Part shown: positions 11,774-27,374 of the stretch, piece after piece
Numbering within the stretch: the stretch's first letter is position 1
Layout of the letters: the number at the start of each line of letters is the position of its first letter
Origin: Spizellomyces punctatus DAOM BR117
Taxonomy: Eukaryota
DNA: 64,000 nucleotides
NCBI GenBank assembly: GCA_000182565.2
Contig: KQ257456.1
Strand: one strand, 5' to 3'
Notes under the pieces: model-generated
The model's input: only the letters and a program-made list of their open reading frames with translations
Databases searched by the model: none
Told to the model about the DNA's origin: nothing
Made by a program: the position numbers and the translations under genes

Positions 11774-12481
11774 CTACTTCCAGTCTCTCCACCATTCCTT
11801 GCCTCTTGCGGCGGGAAGGTCTGATTCGTATTCTTTGCGGGGACCAATGCCCACGGGCCTGCAAATGTGGCAATATTTGTCCAGGATGCACCATCTTGAG
11901 CATATGCGCTAGATTTCAAGGATTTTCCTTACCAATGCCAGAGATGATCTGGGTACATGTATGTGTGTAGAATTGTGGAATGATTCGGTATGAAAACGGT
12001 CAACCATACTGGATGTTGAATTGCAGTTTTACCTCTTCCACCAACTGTGCTCAGGGCCCAGTACGGCATCTTGGGCTCCTTTTTTTGTTTGGCCTCCTGC
12101 TGCTCCTCCTTGTGTTCTTTCTATCAAAAAAATGGTCATTTCTGAAGAGAAGATGACTTTTGCAGCAAACCAGGAAACCTTTTGCCAGTAACGATCAATG
12201 TAGGCGAGCTCCCATTCCATCTCGTGAGACAGTCCAGGAGGAAGCTCGGGACTGCCAGGGATGTACACACTGGGCCAGGTCACCGCACTAGGTGACGGGA
12301 TCGTTGGCACAGGTGCGAGGGGAGCATGGTACTCGGGAACAAATCTTCCATAGTGATATACTTTTTTGGTCGGAGGGGAATGCCGTATTTCATAGATTGG
12401 CAGCGATGTCCCTTCCTTTTCGGCTGCCGCTGTTGTCGTTTTCTTTGGCAGCGGCGGAGGTGTCCTACAATCTCTAAACAT
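11774..12481 (-). CDS. Hypothetical Pro-rich protein, 4 exons
   Basis: ORF MFRDCRTPPP...YWQK can be spliced in frame to KEHKEEQQ..., DHLWHW and PVGIG...WWRDWK* using canonical GT-AG sites. No recognised domain. Confidence 0.45.
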
Positions 12482-12570
12482 TTTCAAAAAGAACAAAAGG
12501 TATATGAGGCGTCCCGTTCCCCCGTTGTGTTGGTGGTGGTGGGCTGAACCTTTTACGTACATTCACCCCC

Positions 12571-12591
12571 CGTTCGTTCGTTCGTTCGTTC
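12571..12591. repeat. (CGTT)5 microsatellite in a divergent promoter region
   Basis: cgttcgttcgttcgttcgttc. Confidence 0.8.
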
Positions 12592-12765
12592 AATCCGTCA
12601 GGTCATCGAAAGATGCGATGCGTCGATTAAAAACGCGCAGTGCCAGTGGTGTGATGATTTTAATCGCATGTATTTTCGGCTAAAAATGGGTCGACAAAAC
12701 ATAAAGTCTTGAACGGAATTTCCTTCCCCTCCGAACATGCGCATTTACGACAACTCTCCTCAACA

Positions 12766-15700
12766 ATGGCTGTGGAAAACCTCTCTTCATGCAATGGAAA
12801 CGAGCAACAAGACGGAAAGCTTGCAGTTTCACAACGGGAGAGCTTTCACTCGATATGGTCGGGTTTTTACAAAAAGGCCCTCAAAGAGCGACAAAATCAA
12901 CTGAGACTTGTCTACACCCACCTATTCCCTTCCCAACCTTCCCAGCTCGTCAGTCCCTTGTCCGCTGGTCCTCGCTCACCAAATGGTGGACCTGCGGAAC
13001 CCCCTTCCCCCGAACCGATCGACGATGCATTTCCACTCAATGGCCTTGACGAGCAGATCGCTGACAACATGGTCGAAAACTGTGTGGGGTAATTATTGAC
13101 AACCTTGCTCACACTATGCTGTGCGGATATGCTAACCAATGCATGGTCGCGTTACGTGCATCACAGAACACTCGGTCTGCCCGTCGGTATTGGCCTCAAC
13201 TTTACCATCAACTCCATCCCGACTGTAGTACCCATGTGCATTGAAGAGCCATCCGTCGTCGCCGCTGCTTCAGGCGCTGCAAAAACAATTTCCACCTTTG
13301 GTGGAGGTTTTACTGCGACAACCACTGATAAAAATATTATCTACGCTCAAATCCAAGTGATGGATATAGAAGACGATAGAATTGCTATCGCATTAGAACA
13401 GGTGTGTGACACAACCTGTTGATGTTTGAAAATCCACTTGTCTAAATAGCAGCATATAGGTCAAAGCACGCCGAGATGAAATCATTTCTTTGGGCAACCA
13501 GTTCTGCCAAAACATGGTCGGTCGTGGAGGGGGTGTTATGGATGTGACAGTTCGGCAGGTAATCCGACGGTCCGACACCAAGAGGCCAAAAGAAGTTCGA
13601 TTAGAGCGATCATACGGGAGCTGGATAGTAGTCCATCTCCACATTGACGTCTGTGATGCAATGGGTGCCAATTGTGCCAGTGCTGTGGCGGAAGGGACTG
13701 CTCCCCTCATTGCGAGTTTGACGGGTGGACGGATCGGGTTGCGGATCGTCTCTAATTTGAGTGTAGAAAGGATGGCCAAGGTATGCATTGAGAAGCAAGG
13801 AGCTTTTGCTGTTGACCTCGAATAACGTGCGAATTTTTTTTTGTATAGGCTTCCTTCCGGGTGCCAATAGATAAACTTGGTTACAAAGGGATTTCTGGTC
13901 AGGATCTTGCATTTCGCGTCGTTGAAGCCAATGAATGGGCACGATCGGACCCATACCGCGCAACGACACACAACAAGGGCATCATGAACGGCATAGATGC
14001 AGTGGCTTTAGCCACTGGACAGGATTGGCGAGCCATTGAAGCGGCTGGTCATGCCTGGAATGGCGTACGCGCAGACAACTACCGTCCCTTTACGGATTAC
14101 TGGGTAGAGGAGGAGGACGATGGACGTCGATACCTGAGAGGCGAATTGGAACTACCAATGCCAGTAGCTACCAAAGGCGGAGTGTTGAAAACAAATCCTG
14201 TGTACTCTTATACCCTGGGCTTACTAAATAAGCCCGATTCGAAAAGCTTGGCAAAGGTAGGCGGTAAAGTAGTGGCATGAGCGTCTGTGGAGGTAGACTC
14301 ACACGATAGCCGGTCATTAGGTGATGGTCGCCGTTGGCTTGGCCCAAAACTTTGCTGCTCTTCGAGCTCTTTGTACTGAAGGTATTCAACGCGGACATAT
14401 GTCTCTGGTAAGCAATTAATCACACCTTCCTGGAGGCGCTCGTATCTCCAATGCTGACTCTGTGCCTTTTCCCGTAGCACGCCCGGAACATTGCCATTGC
14501 TGGTAAGCGTCAGAGCTGTTATAATGGTATCACTCCTATACTGTTTTTGTTTACATTTTTGTTCCTGCAGCTGGTGCACCGCCTCATGCAATCGCTGAAT
14601 GTGTCACTTTTATGGTTGAGACTGGACGGTTTACTCGAAGTGCTGTGAAGGAGTATCTGACGGCACACGAGGTCCACCACAAAATTCGCTTGAATGGCTC
14701 ATTTGAAGATATCCACTCGGCCTGCTCGTCATCTGATCTCAATGGGATGACCAATGGCCATGCAAATGGGAATAGCCAGGAAGATGAAGCGCCACCGAGT
14801 TTGTTTTACTTTGAAGAATCTGATTTGACTGCATCTCGGACGGCTGGTGTTGAGGACCGTGTGACACTCAACGTTGCTTTCCAAACACTTGGTGCCAAAC
14901 CCGTCCATATTGAGCTTGTACCAAATGTTCCTCCTACAAAGGTGGTTCGGCAGCTGTTTGGAGAAAAGAGTCACGCCTGGCTTTCTGAGCTCTACGGCCT
15001 GCTGGAATCGCTGAAGCTTATCACAATCAAGCCCGAGAGGGCCAACGTCATTTTGGCGAAAAAATTGAAACTGCTGTCAGTTTTGCTCAACATCCTTATT
15101 CGGCGATTGGTAACAGCCCATCCGTTGGAAACCGCGCGCTTCATCAAGCGGATCTCCAGCACCCGTTCTGCATCCTCAGAGTCGGACTTGAATGGAAGCA
15201 ATGGGGACTCGCCTACAACTGAGACACCACCATCTCACAAGCTTGGTTCCGGAATCTTTCGTCACCGCGTCATCCTTGACGTTGACCTCAAGCACATTTC
15301 CTCCACTGGCACTGACCACCTTCGGATTGGCTTCCCGTTGATTCTTGCTATTTGGCAAGTTTTCGAGTTTCGTGTTCAACAATGGGTAGGAGAGCCTCTT
15401 CTCGCACGAGCGCTCATCGACGAGCAATGGCGCGTTGTTCTTGCCTTGGTGGATGCTCCTCTTCGCCACATTGCCCCAACCGCATCATCACCAGAATCCT
15501 TCAAAGCGGTGATGACGACCCATGCTAAACGGTTCCAATCGACGATATTCGCCCTGTGTGATGCCATCTCTTTCCCAGAAGCCATCGTCACTAGTAGTTT
15601 GGTTCGGGTTCTTCGATGCATTGGCAAACGCCTAGAGTGTGAACACGCGGTGGCACATGATCTCTCTTCCTCACGATTATTACGTGACTTGAAAGACATG

Positions 15701-16009
15701 ACCGAAAAAGGATGGAGCGATGACGGGGGACTAGGCAGTGGAGTAGTCAACTCCTTTCTGCTCTGGTTAAAGATTGTTAAGGGATGGAACGAGGATATGG
15801 TCCGTGAGAAAGCGTTCCGAGCCGCTGGCGGTGCACACGTTCATCAGCTGTTTAGAGAGGAAATGGCGGCGTTCCTCGGCGATGTCAGCCGAAAGCAAGA
15901 TTTGGTTGAATTGTTAGACTCGGTGGATGAATGGCACGTTTTGGACAGATCAAGGCTGAAGGATGCCATGATGTTATTTAGAATTCATTATCAAATTGAC
16001 GTAATCTGA
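12766..16009 (+). CDS. Class II (bacterial-type) HMG-CoA reductase with a long C-terminal extension
   Basis: Class II motifs [81 protein letters not shown]. The 25-nt exon at 14478-14502 splices in frame into ORF 14612-16009. No N-terminal membrane domain. Confidence 0.9.
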
Positions 16010-16384
16010 CATGTAATACGTTAGCTGAGACTTTTTTTTAAAGACTTTATAATATATTGAATTGCCTGAACCCACGAGAGATCTGTTGCATGCTTTGGAA
16101 AGCGGACTTTTGGGCGAGAGAGTGTGCTCGGCACACAATTTGCAGCAGCACAAGCACACGACTACCCTTCCGTCGGACACAGGATATGGATCGGGGGACA
16201 ACTCCATTTTCTGGCACCATGATGTGAGGTGATCTGGCTACAATCTGATGTCTGGATGTAATTCATTACCTCTATCTGTCGAAAGCTTTTGTTAAAGGCT
16301 GACCCACATTTAGGACTGGGGATTTAATTTATGGTAGAAGTCGGTTTGCAAACCGTTTCATGATGTGACTCGACGGTCATTACA

Positions 16385-16994
16385 GTAGAAAGCCTCTACC
16401 GAAAGTATGTACGTCCGGACGACGTGTGTGCACCTATAACCATCAATGACATCCGGCTACAACACCGACCCTTCGATGTCAAGATTTTACGTTGGACACG
16501 GGGGTTAAGTGTGCTGTAGAAGCCCGGAAGCCCTCTACAGAACGCTTTGCCCTTTGTGCGCGGCACATCGTGGAAGAGAGGGCTCACCACCTCTTGCTCG
16601 TGAGGTAGATAATATCAGTAGTATAAAGGATTTCATGTAGCTGACCTTGTCTTAGGGAGTGGCTCTCCACATTCCCTTTTCGTGAAGGGAGCGATGAAAA
16701 AGAGAAGCGGATTCTCAGCGGAAACATTTACAAGAAGATTACAAAGGACACGAAGATGGATGCATCAGGCAGGTGGCATATTGGGCTTCGTGAAGACTTA
16801 TCGGAACATTCGTTCAAAATAGGGTTTTCTGAGGCATCCAACGAACCCCTCGACGAGGGTCTGAAGAAAAATGTGGAGCCCGCCTTGCGCCGACGCTCTA
16901 CGCAAAGAGCCTACCTGCCGGTGAGCTTGTTTGTTATGGCATTTTTATAGACGTGCATTCTAAATCGTCGCATTCTCAATAGGCGCCGCCCTGA
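16385..16994 (+). CDS. Possible small spliced hypothetical gene or relic
   Basis: Open exons ~16484-16604 and ~16657-16920 flanked by GT/AG sites, ending in a short terminal exon. Start codon unclear and no homology recognised. Confidence 0.25.
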
Positions 16995-17733
16995 AGCCCA
17001 TTCTTGCGTCTTTCTTGGGGCCTTTTCGGGTACAAGTTGGGTGTAGCTGTAGGAGGCTACCCGCGTATATCACCCAGGAGGGGGATGATATACTTTACAA
17101 ACTGGACTGGGTCAAGGCAGCCCCTTGTTCGGAGACCAAAGACATGTAATCAAAGAGTGTGAATAGCGGTCGGACGGCTCTTTGAAAATCGTGGCGGTTC
17201 ATTTGATGATCCCTAGGAATTGCGGAGGATAGGATAGCGTGCAAATACGCGATTTGCAAGGCATAGATGGGTGTTGGATGTTCCAGACTACTCTCTGACG
17301 GAGAAAACACGATCGGGAATGCCGCCTATTGAACGTCGCTGCCACCCAAAACCGCAACTTATGATGAGCGACGGGAGGGAAAGGGTGTCAACAAGGACCT
17401 GAACGCTCCTTTGCACACAAGGAGCTCCTGGTTGGGCCTACCCCCCAAAACTGGAGGCCAAACTGCAAGCCTCAGCGTTCATCGCAAAGCCTTGATCATC
17501 CCCGTTGCGGAATTTAAGGCTTGATGTGATGACGTAACTGTAAATACGACTAAGCCACTCGCTGCGAACATTCCCACCCGCCAAGCGCCAACACGAACGC
17601 ATTGCCATTTGCATCACTTTTTCTTTCCATCAACAGCAACTTGCAAGATTAACGCGATCTTAACGCTCGCTACCACCACACAACTCGCAAAACAAACAGC
17701 TTTTGGGAACCCTTTCAGTTTGCATTCTTGGAA

Positions 17734-20212
<2,479 letters not shown>

Positions 20213-20453
20213 ACTCGCAAAAGCCACATTCCCAAAGTTGATGAATATGCCAGCCAGTAAGGGACGAGCACTGATGCCGATCAAACAAAGAGAGCGGCTC
20301 TTGGTCAATCGACCTATCACATTATGGATATCCTGATCTGTCGCAACCGTAAGAATGCTTGGAAATTGTATGTTTCTTTTCAACTTTAAATGTGACCGAG
20401 TATTGTCTATACCGTTTGTGAGGATATCAATCTATATGTACATGGATCATATT

Positions 20454-22416
20454 TCACTCTTCTATTGGGAAAGCTAGACAAAATTTGTCCTTGTCCAAGA
20501 GTGACATTGACTTTCCGTCTGGATTCCACTCAAAACTCAACACTTGGAAATTGACTGAAAACACGAGAAAAGAATTTGTCAATTCCAACATGGCCAATTT
20601 CACACCATTACGCATTATACTTACCAGCAGGAACCTCAACGGACTCGCATCCATTGACCTCCCCACCCTGCCACATGTAAATAACCCCGTTTCCACAACA
20701 AAATGCCAATCTATCAGGAATGACTGGATTCCACCGCACCATTTTGACTGGATTCGTTTGTTGAATCAATGCTACCTGTCGGAGCTCGACGAGATCCCAG
20801 ATCCAAAGGCAGGTCGGCATATTGTCTACCAATGGACCATCCTCAGCTGTTTATATTTCATTAGAAAAGCAACTATGTGACTTACCATTGCGTGTTACGA
20901 TTAACCGTCCATCACAGCTAAACTCGCATATCCCGACGCCCATTCGAGGGTTAGGTTTATCAGGGTCCGGCCGTGATTGGGGAATGGTAATAGGTGGACA
21001 AAGGACTTGATCTATTGCAAAAAAAAAAGACCCCAAAAAGAATGTTGATTATGCAAAATGGCAAACGCAAACAAAAAATCGATAAAAATCGTACATCGGA
21101 TTTTTGGGTGTGCTGCTTGACTCCAATTCGCTATTCCCGTCATTGTGTTTTCATTTTCTGGGTCCGTTTCCTTAAACACTGTCTAGTGTATTCAATCAGC
21201 TTTTTTTAACATGTTGAAAACACACACGCAAAGAAAAAAAAATACATACAATGTCATGCGGTACCAGTTCTCTTGGATGCGAGAAATCAATGAGAGGTTG
21301 CCATGTATAATAATTTAATAAGCGGACCTAATGTTGCTCTTTTGTTCAATACTTGTTTTTTGTGATGGATAGTTGAAAAGGATTTATGTGAACTGAACCT
21401 TTTGGTCAAAACTTCCTATAGCCAGAAACTGACTAGAAGGTGACCATCGCACTGTTTTGATTCCTAGACCCGTGTCGTATGCAGAGTAGGATTTGATGAG
21501 GCGGCCGTCAGGGTAGTAAATGTGGATTTTATACTAGAGTGAATAAAATTTTTTTTTCGTTGGGTTGAGTGAATTGTTGGGTCTGGCAAATAATACAACG
21601 TTTCTGGAGAGAACTTACGTCCAACATTGTTTCCCAAGCCGCAATGAACCGTCCATCAGGGGACCATGCAATGTCTTCCAGATCGTTCGTGTCCAGGGCA
21701 AATCGCTATGCAAAAGTTAATGAGAAATGTATTTTACTGCTGATCAGAGCTCATTTTCAGCATCGTACTTTTAACAATGTCCAATCTTCACAATCATATA
21801 TGCTGAGATAGTCTTTACAGTCTTTACGTTCAGCGAGGGCAAAATATCGCCCGTCCTGACGGAAGCAGTAGCCTGTGCAATGCGGTGAGGGTGTGGCAGA
21901 GGGATGGAGTGTTTCTTGGCTAGCATATACCTTTGTCAGAGTATTTTGGGTATTGTATATAGTATGCTTCTTTGGATGTGAGGGACCATACCGTTATTCG
22001 TAACTATGTGGTCGATGATTAATCAAATTAACGAGAAACCCCATAAAAATGCGAAGCACTAAATCAAGAAACCAAACCTGAAAATCCGAAAAACTCAACA
22101 AATGCCGTGCGTCGGGTGCCCATTTGACGTCCACCAACCCCGATACCCCTTCTTCAATCTTTGCGGTCCATTCCTCATCTTTTATACTCCACACTTGAAG
22201 TATACCCAATTTGAACGATGCGCATAATACGAGTTCAGAGTCTGGACTCCAAGAGACGTGTTGGATGTTGTCGGTGCAGGCAAAGAGGTGGAGGATTTGG
22301 AGGCTTTCCGCGTCTCGAATGACGAGCCGGTGTTGGACGGCTGTGGCGAGGTAGAGACCGTTGGGGGAAAAATGACAGAGATTCAAAGACTGTTTGTAGA
22401 GTTCCGTAAAGTCCAT
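20454..22416 (-). CDS. WRAP73: WD repeat protein WRAP73/WDR8 (centriole/SPB)
   Basis: [10 protein letters not shown]...[65 protein letters not shown]. Multi-exon. Confidence 0.9.
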
Positions 22417-22682
22417 CGTTTGGAGAGCGTGGAAAGTACCTCCGCGTTAGTGCGTAATGCTTTACAAGTAGGTCTGAGATCTCTACTTTCAAAGCGCGCG
22501 ACGACCCAAAGTCGTTCTGGACAATCGGACATCATTTGCCCTAATGTGGCTAGATGAGGCTGACTGATCAAAAGTCTTGCTGATCATTCTTCCAGCGAGA
22601 GCAGTCCTTCCAGTTACAAATATGTACATGATGTATTTGCATACACACATCACCCTACCGGCCGATTACATATTGAGTTCCA

Positions 22683-23390
22683 TCACCGCCATCCGCCAAA
22701 ACATACCGGCCCATCTAACACGCCATCGTCCTCCATGGAATCCACTCTAGGTGGCAATTGCAACGTTAGACACGGCAGTGGGGGGAAAGATGGTATCGTA
22801 GGTTGATCCTGCGATGGATCAATAGCGTCTTTTGGAGGAACAGGGGGACTAGGTGTGTTCCACCCGAGTGTAAAGGTAGGAAGAAGAGGGAATGAGGGGA
22901 CCGGATCGTAAGGGCCATCTGCTGGTAAGATGGTGTCATAGGCACTATCGTGCCGCTCAGTTGTTGTAACAGCTGGATCAGTATGATCGGGTGCATGCAG
23001 CACATGAGCGTCTTCCACTTGGTTGCTGCAGTCCATATTAGCCGCCAAACATCTTCTCCCGACTGTCATCCCATCCGGCCCATGTACTTTTAACACTTTG
23101 AAACCAGTGTCGTCATCATTCCCTGCTTCACGTCGAAGGGTGTGCAAATCCGGTCCGCGAACTTTGAGAACTTTAAAGGACCGTTCAGCGTCGTCCACCC
23201 GGCCTGATCGTAACAGTTGAAACGACCGACCAGCACACACACCCACGCCCCAATGGGTGAGCTCGGCCAGCGATGAGCCACGTGGCGGGACGGTCTCGAG
23301 GTGTGTTGGTTCATCGACGTGGTTGTTGTCGCCGGCTTGTACAAGGTGTTTGGGTTTTCTGCGCATCTTTTTAAAGAGTTTCGATAGCAT
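22683..23390 (-). CDS. Hypothetical protein with duplicated short motifs
   Basis: Intronless ORF of ~235 aa from MLSKLFKK; FKVLKV(R/H)GPD twice and PSFP(L/P)LP..TL twice. Confidence 0.5.
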   Translation of the reverse strand: MLSKLFKKMRRKPKHLVQAGDNNHVDEPTHLETVPPRGSSLAELTHWGVGVCAGRSFQLLRSGRVDDAERSFKVLKVRGPDLHTLRREAGNDDDTGFKVLKVHGPDGMTVGRRCLAANMDCSNQVEDAHVLHAPDHTDPAVTTTERHDSAYDTILPADGPYDPVPSFPLLPTFTLGWNTPSPPVPPKDAIDPSQDQPTIPSFPPLPCLTLQLPPRVDSMEDDGVLDGPVCFGGWR

Positions 23391-24681
23391 TGAGCGGCAC
23401 ACTATACCGAGTATTTTCAAACTACCGCGGTAGCAATGTAAGCCGTCACATTGACACTAAAAAGTCCACACACTCGACGTTTATCCAAAAAATAGTCCTT
23501 CAACTCAAATGGACGTTTTATGGAAAGAAATAAACCTTGCCAAAATGCTTTTAAACCTCTTTTTTTTGCCCTTTTGTGAAGTTGACGCGGGTATCCCTTT
23601 TTGCACGGATTACCCAACCAAGGAATGGCGGAGTAAAACAAGGTTGGCATGTGAACAGGTTGAAATGTGTGTGTGGTATGTGGCCCTTTCAACAAGGCGA
23701 AGCCAAATAATGATGATATATCTGCCTTTCACCCTCGGGGATGTGTGAAAAGGCTGCCTATGTTTTGAATGCCTTGATTTGCCCTTGATCTACTCCCTCC
23801 AATAACGGAGGGGCGTTGCAGCTTTATGAAGCGGACGCGAGGCGAGACAAGAGTGGGGGAAGGTTGATTCTTTATAAAGGCATGCAATGCGTCGAGCGTT
23901 TCATGAAAACACAACGACAGCCACGGGGAAAATGACCGAGCCGATAAGCCTCCCCACATGATGCGCTGACTCGATGGCTGCTCGGCTGGACATTAAGCGT
24001 ATCTATTGCTCGATGCCACGAACCTCCACGCCAAACTCCCTCTACGCCTCTTCGTCCAAGTAGCTTGCTTGCCGCAATAGATGCCAAGATGAACGGCATA
24101 ATCCATCCACCACCGACATCCACAGCCTCCACTAGGAGCGCTTCGCCTCCCCACAGCAACTCGCTAAAACGGCTGGCTGAGTTTTTCAATCGGACCTCTG
24201 TCACGTGGTAATGGATCCAAACGTTCCAAACCGCGCACTCGGAGGCAGATTCCAATCAAACATTCTAACCGGTTGCAGTATGCACAGCCTCTGCCTTGGC
24301 ACGTCCACAAAAAAGGCGTATGGTGCCAAATTCCCGGCAAAAACAAATCTAAAACTTTGCCTCCTTTCCCCTGTCCATGAATAGATAATGTTGCCAAAAA
24401 GGGAAAAATTGATACTTGCCCCTTTTTCTTCCATTGTGGAACCTTCGCTATTTCCCAAATACGCGGAACCCTCCGCAGGTGGCCCATTGTTAGAGCTACA
24501 ACTTTCTGGGCGTATTAAGTGTGAAATTCCCATTTTTTTTCCCACGTCCATTTCCTTTCGCCGTCGTCGTCGTTTTCTGTTCTTTGTCGTCGTCGTCCTT
24601 GTCCATCGCCGTCGTGGTCCCCATCGCTGCCGTCGTCCATCGTCCCACGATCCTCATTCCCCTTCACACACACACGCAGCT

Positions 24682-25837
24682 ATGCGATTAATGGTATCAC
24701 CAAGACGGCCGTTACGGCGAGTGATCAAACTGCGTCGCTATGTTCGTGCGTCGATTGTCCTTACGATCCTGTTTTGGCTCAAAGACTGGCTGTGCTGCGT
24801 CTTTATCATTGTATACTGCTACATCTCCTGGAACATTGCCAAAGTCAATTACATTGGGTCAGGGAACGACGGCTTCCCGCTTCACCTTGACACTCTGCCT
24901 CCCGCTCCCGATATCGACTTTACGGCACTTGCCTCTGCTCGAGCACTCTTGGCAAGCAGACCGCACAATGCCACCGCAAGTGACGAGTACAGTCGCGCAC
25001 AAGACTTTGTCACCAAGAGCGAAGAGCTCCTCCGCTGGGGCCCCGAGTCATCCGAGGCCGACCGGCCCATACCGCCCATCATGCACCATATTGCTATCGA
25101 GATGAAAACCCCGATTCCACAAAAGTGGCTGGACGCTCGGGATGCTTGCAAGCAAGTGCATCCTGACTGGACATTTATGTTTTGGGATGATGCATCTGCG
25201 GAAAACTTTATTCGGAAGGAACACCCATGGTTCCTTCACACTTGGACAAATTACAAGTATCCCATCCAACGGGCCGATTCGCTGAGATATTTAGTTCTAT
25301 TTACCTATGGAGGAACATACCTCGACATGGATCTTCAGTGCAGACGGTCGTTGGACCCATTCAGAAAGTAAGTTTTTGGGCCCCGGAAGGGCCACTACCG
25401 GTTTTCATCTCCGTACGAATTCTGACCGCGTTATTCCTTTTTGAATGTGCCTCTCTCACTCTAGATTCAAATTCGTTGCTCCCGCTGCTCATCCTGTTGG
25501 AATCTCAAATGGTTTCATTATGACGTCGCCAAAAAACTCCTTTCTCCGACAGTTGACCAGCAATCTCCAGTACTTTAACCGCTGGTACCTCTCCCCGTAC
25601 ATAACGGTCATGATCTCTGCCGGATGCATGTACGTGTCCTCGCAACACGCCATTGCATCCGATCGAAGCGAGCTCATGGTCTTGGGAGGGCTCAACAACA
25701 AGCTCAGCGGAAATGTCACAACGCCCATCTTTACCCACCTAGGCGCTAGCAGCTGGCACGAGAAGGACGCAAAGGTGTTCAAGGTGTTGGGCAAGGTGCT
25801 CAAATCGATACCAATATTTGGAAAGGATTACAAGTGA
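24682..25837 (+). CDS. Glycosyltransferase family 32, SUR1/CSG1-like mannosyltransferase
   Basis: N-terminal TM; IPPIMHH, HPDWTFMFWDD, YKYPIQRADSLRYLVLFTYGGTYLDMD (DxD), HLGASSWH. One intron. Confidence 0.88.
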
Positions 25838-27374
25838 TGGTTATCCCACACGGCGTGGACGCCTGATGGGGCAATCTTTTGCAATATCCTGCCACCCTCA
25901 GCACTTTCCACTCTCCCGAATTTTTTTTTCTTGTTATTTCTCTCTACTCCCAAGTTTTTGCTACGATATACGCATCCATGTGAAGAGGGAATGGTGGAAT
26001 TTCTCCAAAGGAGTGTGGAATCGGCCACGGATTTGCATTTTGGGACACATTTGGGTTTCCCTCCCCGTAATTTATCTTATGAATCTGTATTATAAATGCT
26101 TGGGCACAATCTGCTACCTTTGAATGATAAGATTTTTTCATACTGGAATGTTAACATTTGAACATCATCTCTATTCCCCCAAATTCTTTGAACTTGTTGA
26201 ACCACAGTATGTTGAACCTTATGGTCACGGGGGGACCCGTGGATCGGGACTCTGGAAGGCGCTACAAGCCTTTCATTGCTAGTATACACAAAACAATGTC
26301 ATCTTTTTAATTTTATACGATAAGGTTGAGCATCCCCTAAAGCGAAATGCTAGAAGGTGCTGGTTGGCCAAAAACAAACAAAACAAGCCTTCCCAATATC
26401 CGCTTTCCCAAATGCATGCCCCTTCTTATCATTCTCAATATTACCTCCCCCCTGTTGTCTTTAATAAATAAACCTACACACACAACGCGGCGTCTCTCCA
26501 AACCTTTGAACTCGTACCCAGTTTGCAACATGCACGCATTTCCTCATCATCAATGTCTGCTTTTTAACACACACGACTCTGGTCATCAAAAGAGATCATA
26601 AGATATCCAGCAAAACATGCAAACATGCTCATCAAACCAAAGGACCCACCCTCTTAGACATTTAGCTAATCCCGCCTGTACCATGTAAACAAAACCTCAC
26701 ACCTCCCATTCGAATTATAAACAAAATGACATTGTAATCATCCAACCAGTGCACCAAAGATGTGGCCGTTTGGATGTTCTGGATATCGGTATCATAGCCT
26801 CAAATGAATTCGTGGAATACCCATGCACGTGCGGTTTGTGGATTTGGATTTTGGAAAGTTTTTATTTTTTTTTTGTTACATGTGCTACAAGTAAAACTTG
26901 AGAAAATATAAAATGAAAGCGGCTCAAAAGGCTGCCGTTTTTTATTTTTGTTTATTTACGGTTCCGATGTTTTTTTATCATTTCCGCGTGGCCAGAGTTT
27001 ATAAAGTGGAGGATGAGAGGCTATGCAAAAAGCAATTTTAACAGCAAATGGATTGCCGTTTCGTTTGATATCACACACACAACCTGCATTTTGGGGTTGC
27101 TGCCTGAAAATGGGAGTGTCCAAATTGGACAGCAAATCAGGTGAGACGGATCGATTCATGGCTGCACTGCCTCCGGCGGTTTTTTGTAGTCGTTTCATTC
27201 AATACAATGGCTCCGTTTGCTCTCTACTTGATTGTCGCTCATTGTATGCCATGGGAAACACATTGCCCCAAGAATAAGTATGCGATGATAACAAGCACAG
27301 TAGATTTCTTATACTATCAGTAAAAGATACCGCACATCCAAAACACATTGTTTAAAAAAAAATGCAGCATTTGA

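Noticed and set aside
24388-24681. N-terminal extension of the GT32 ORF, and the many short antisense ORFs in the track
   Set aside because: Low-complexity 5' UTR read-through or shadow frames of real genes.
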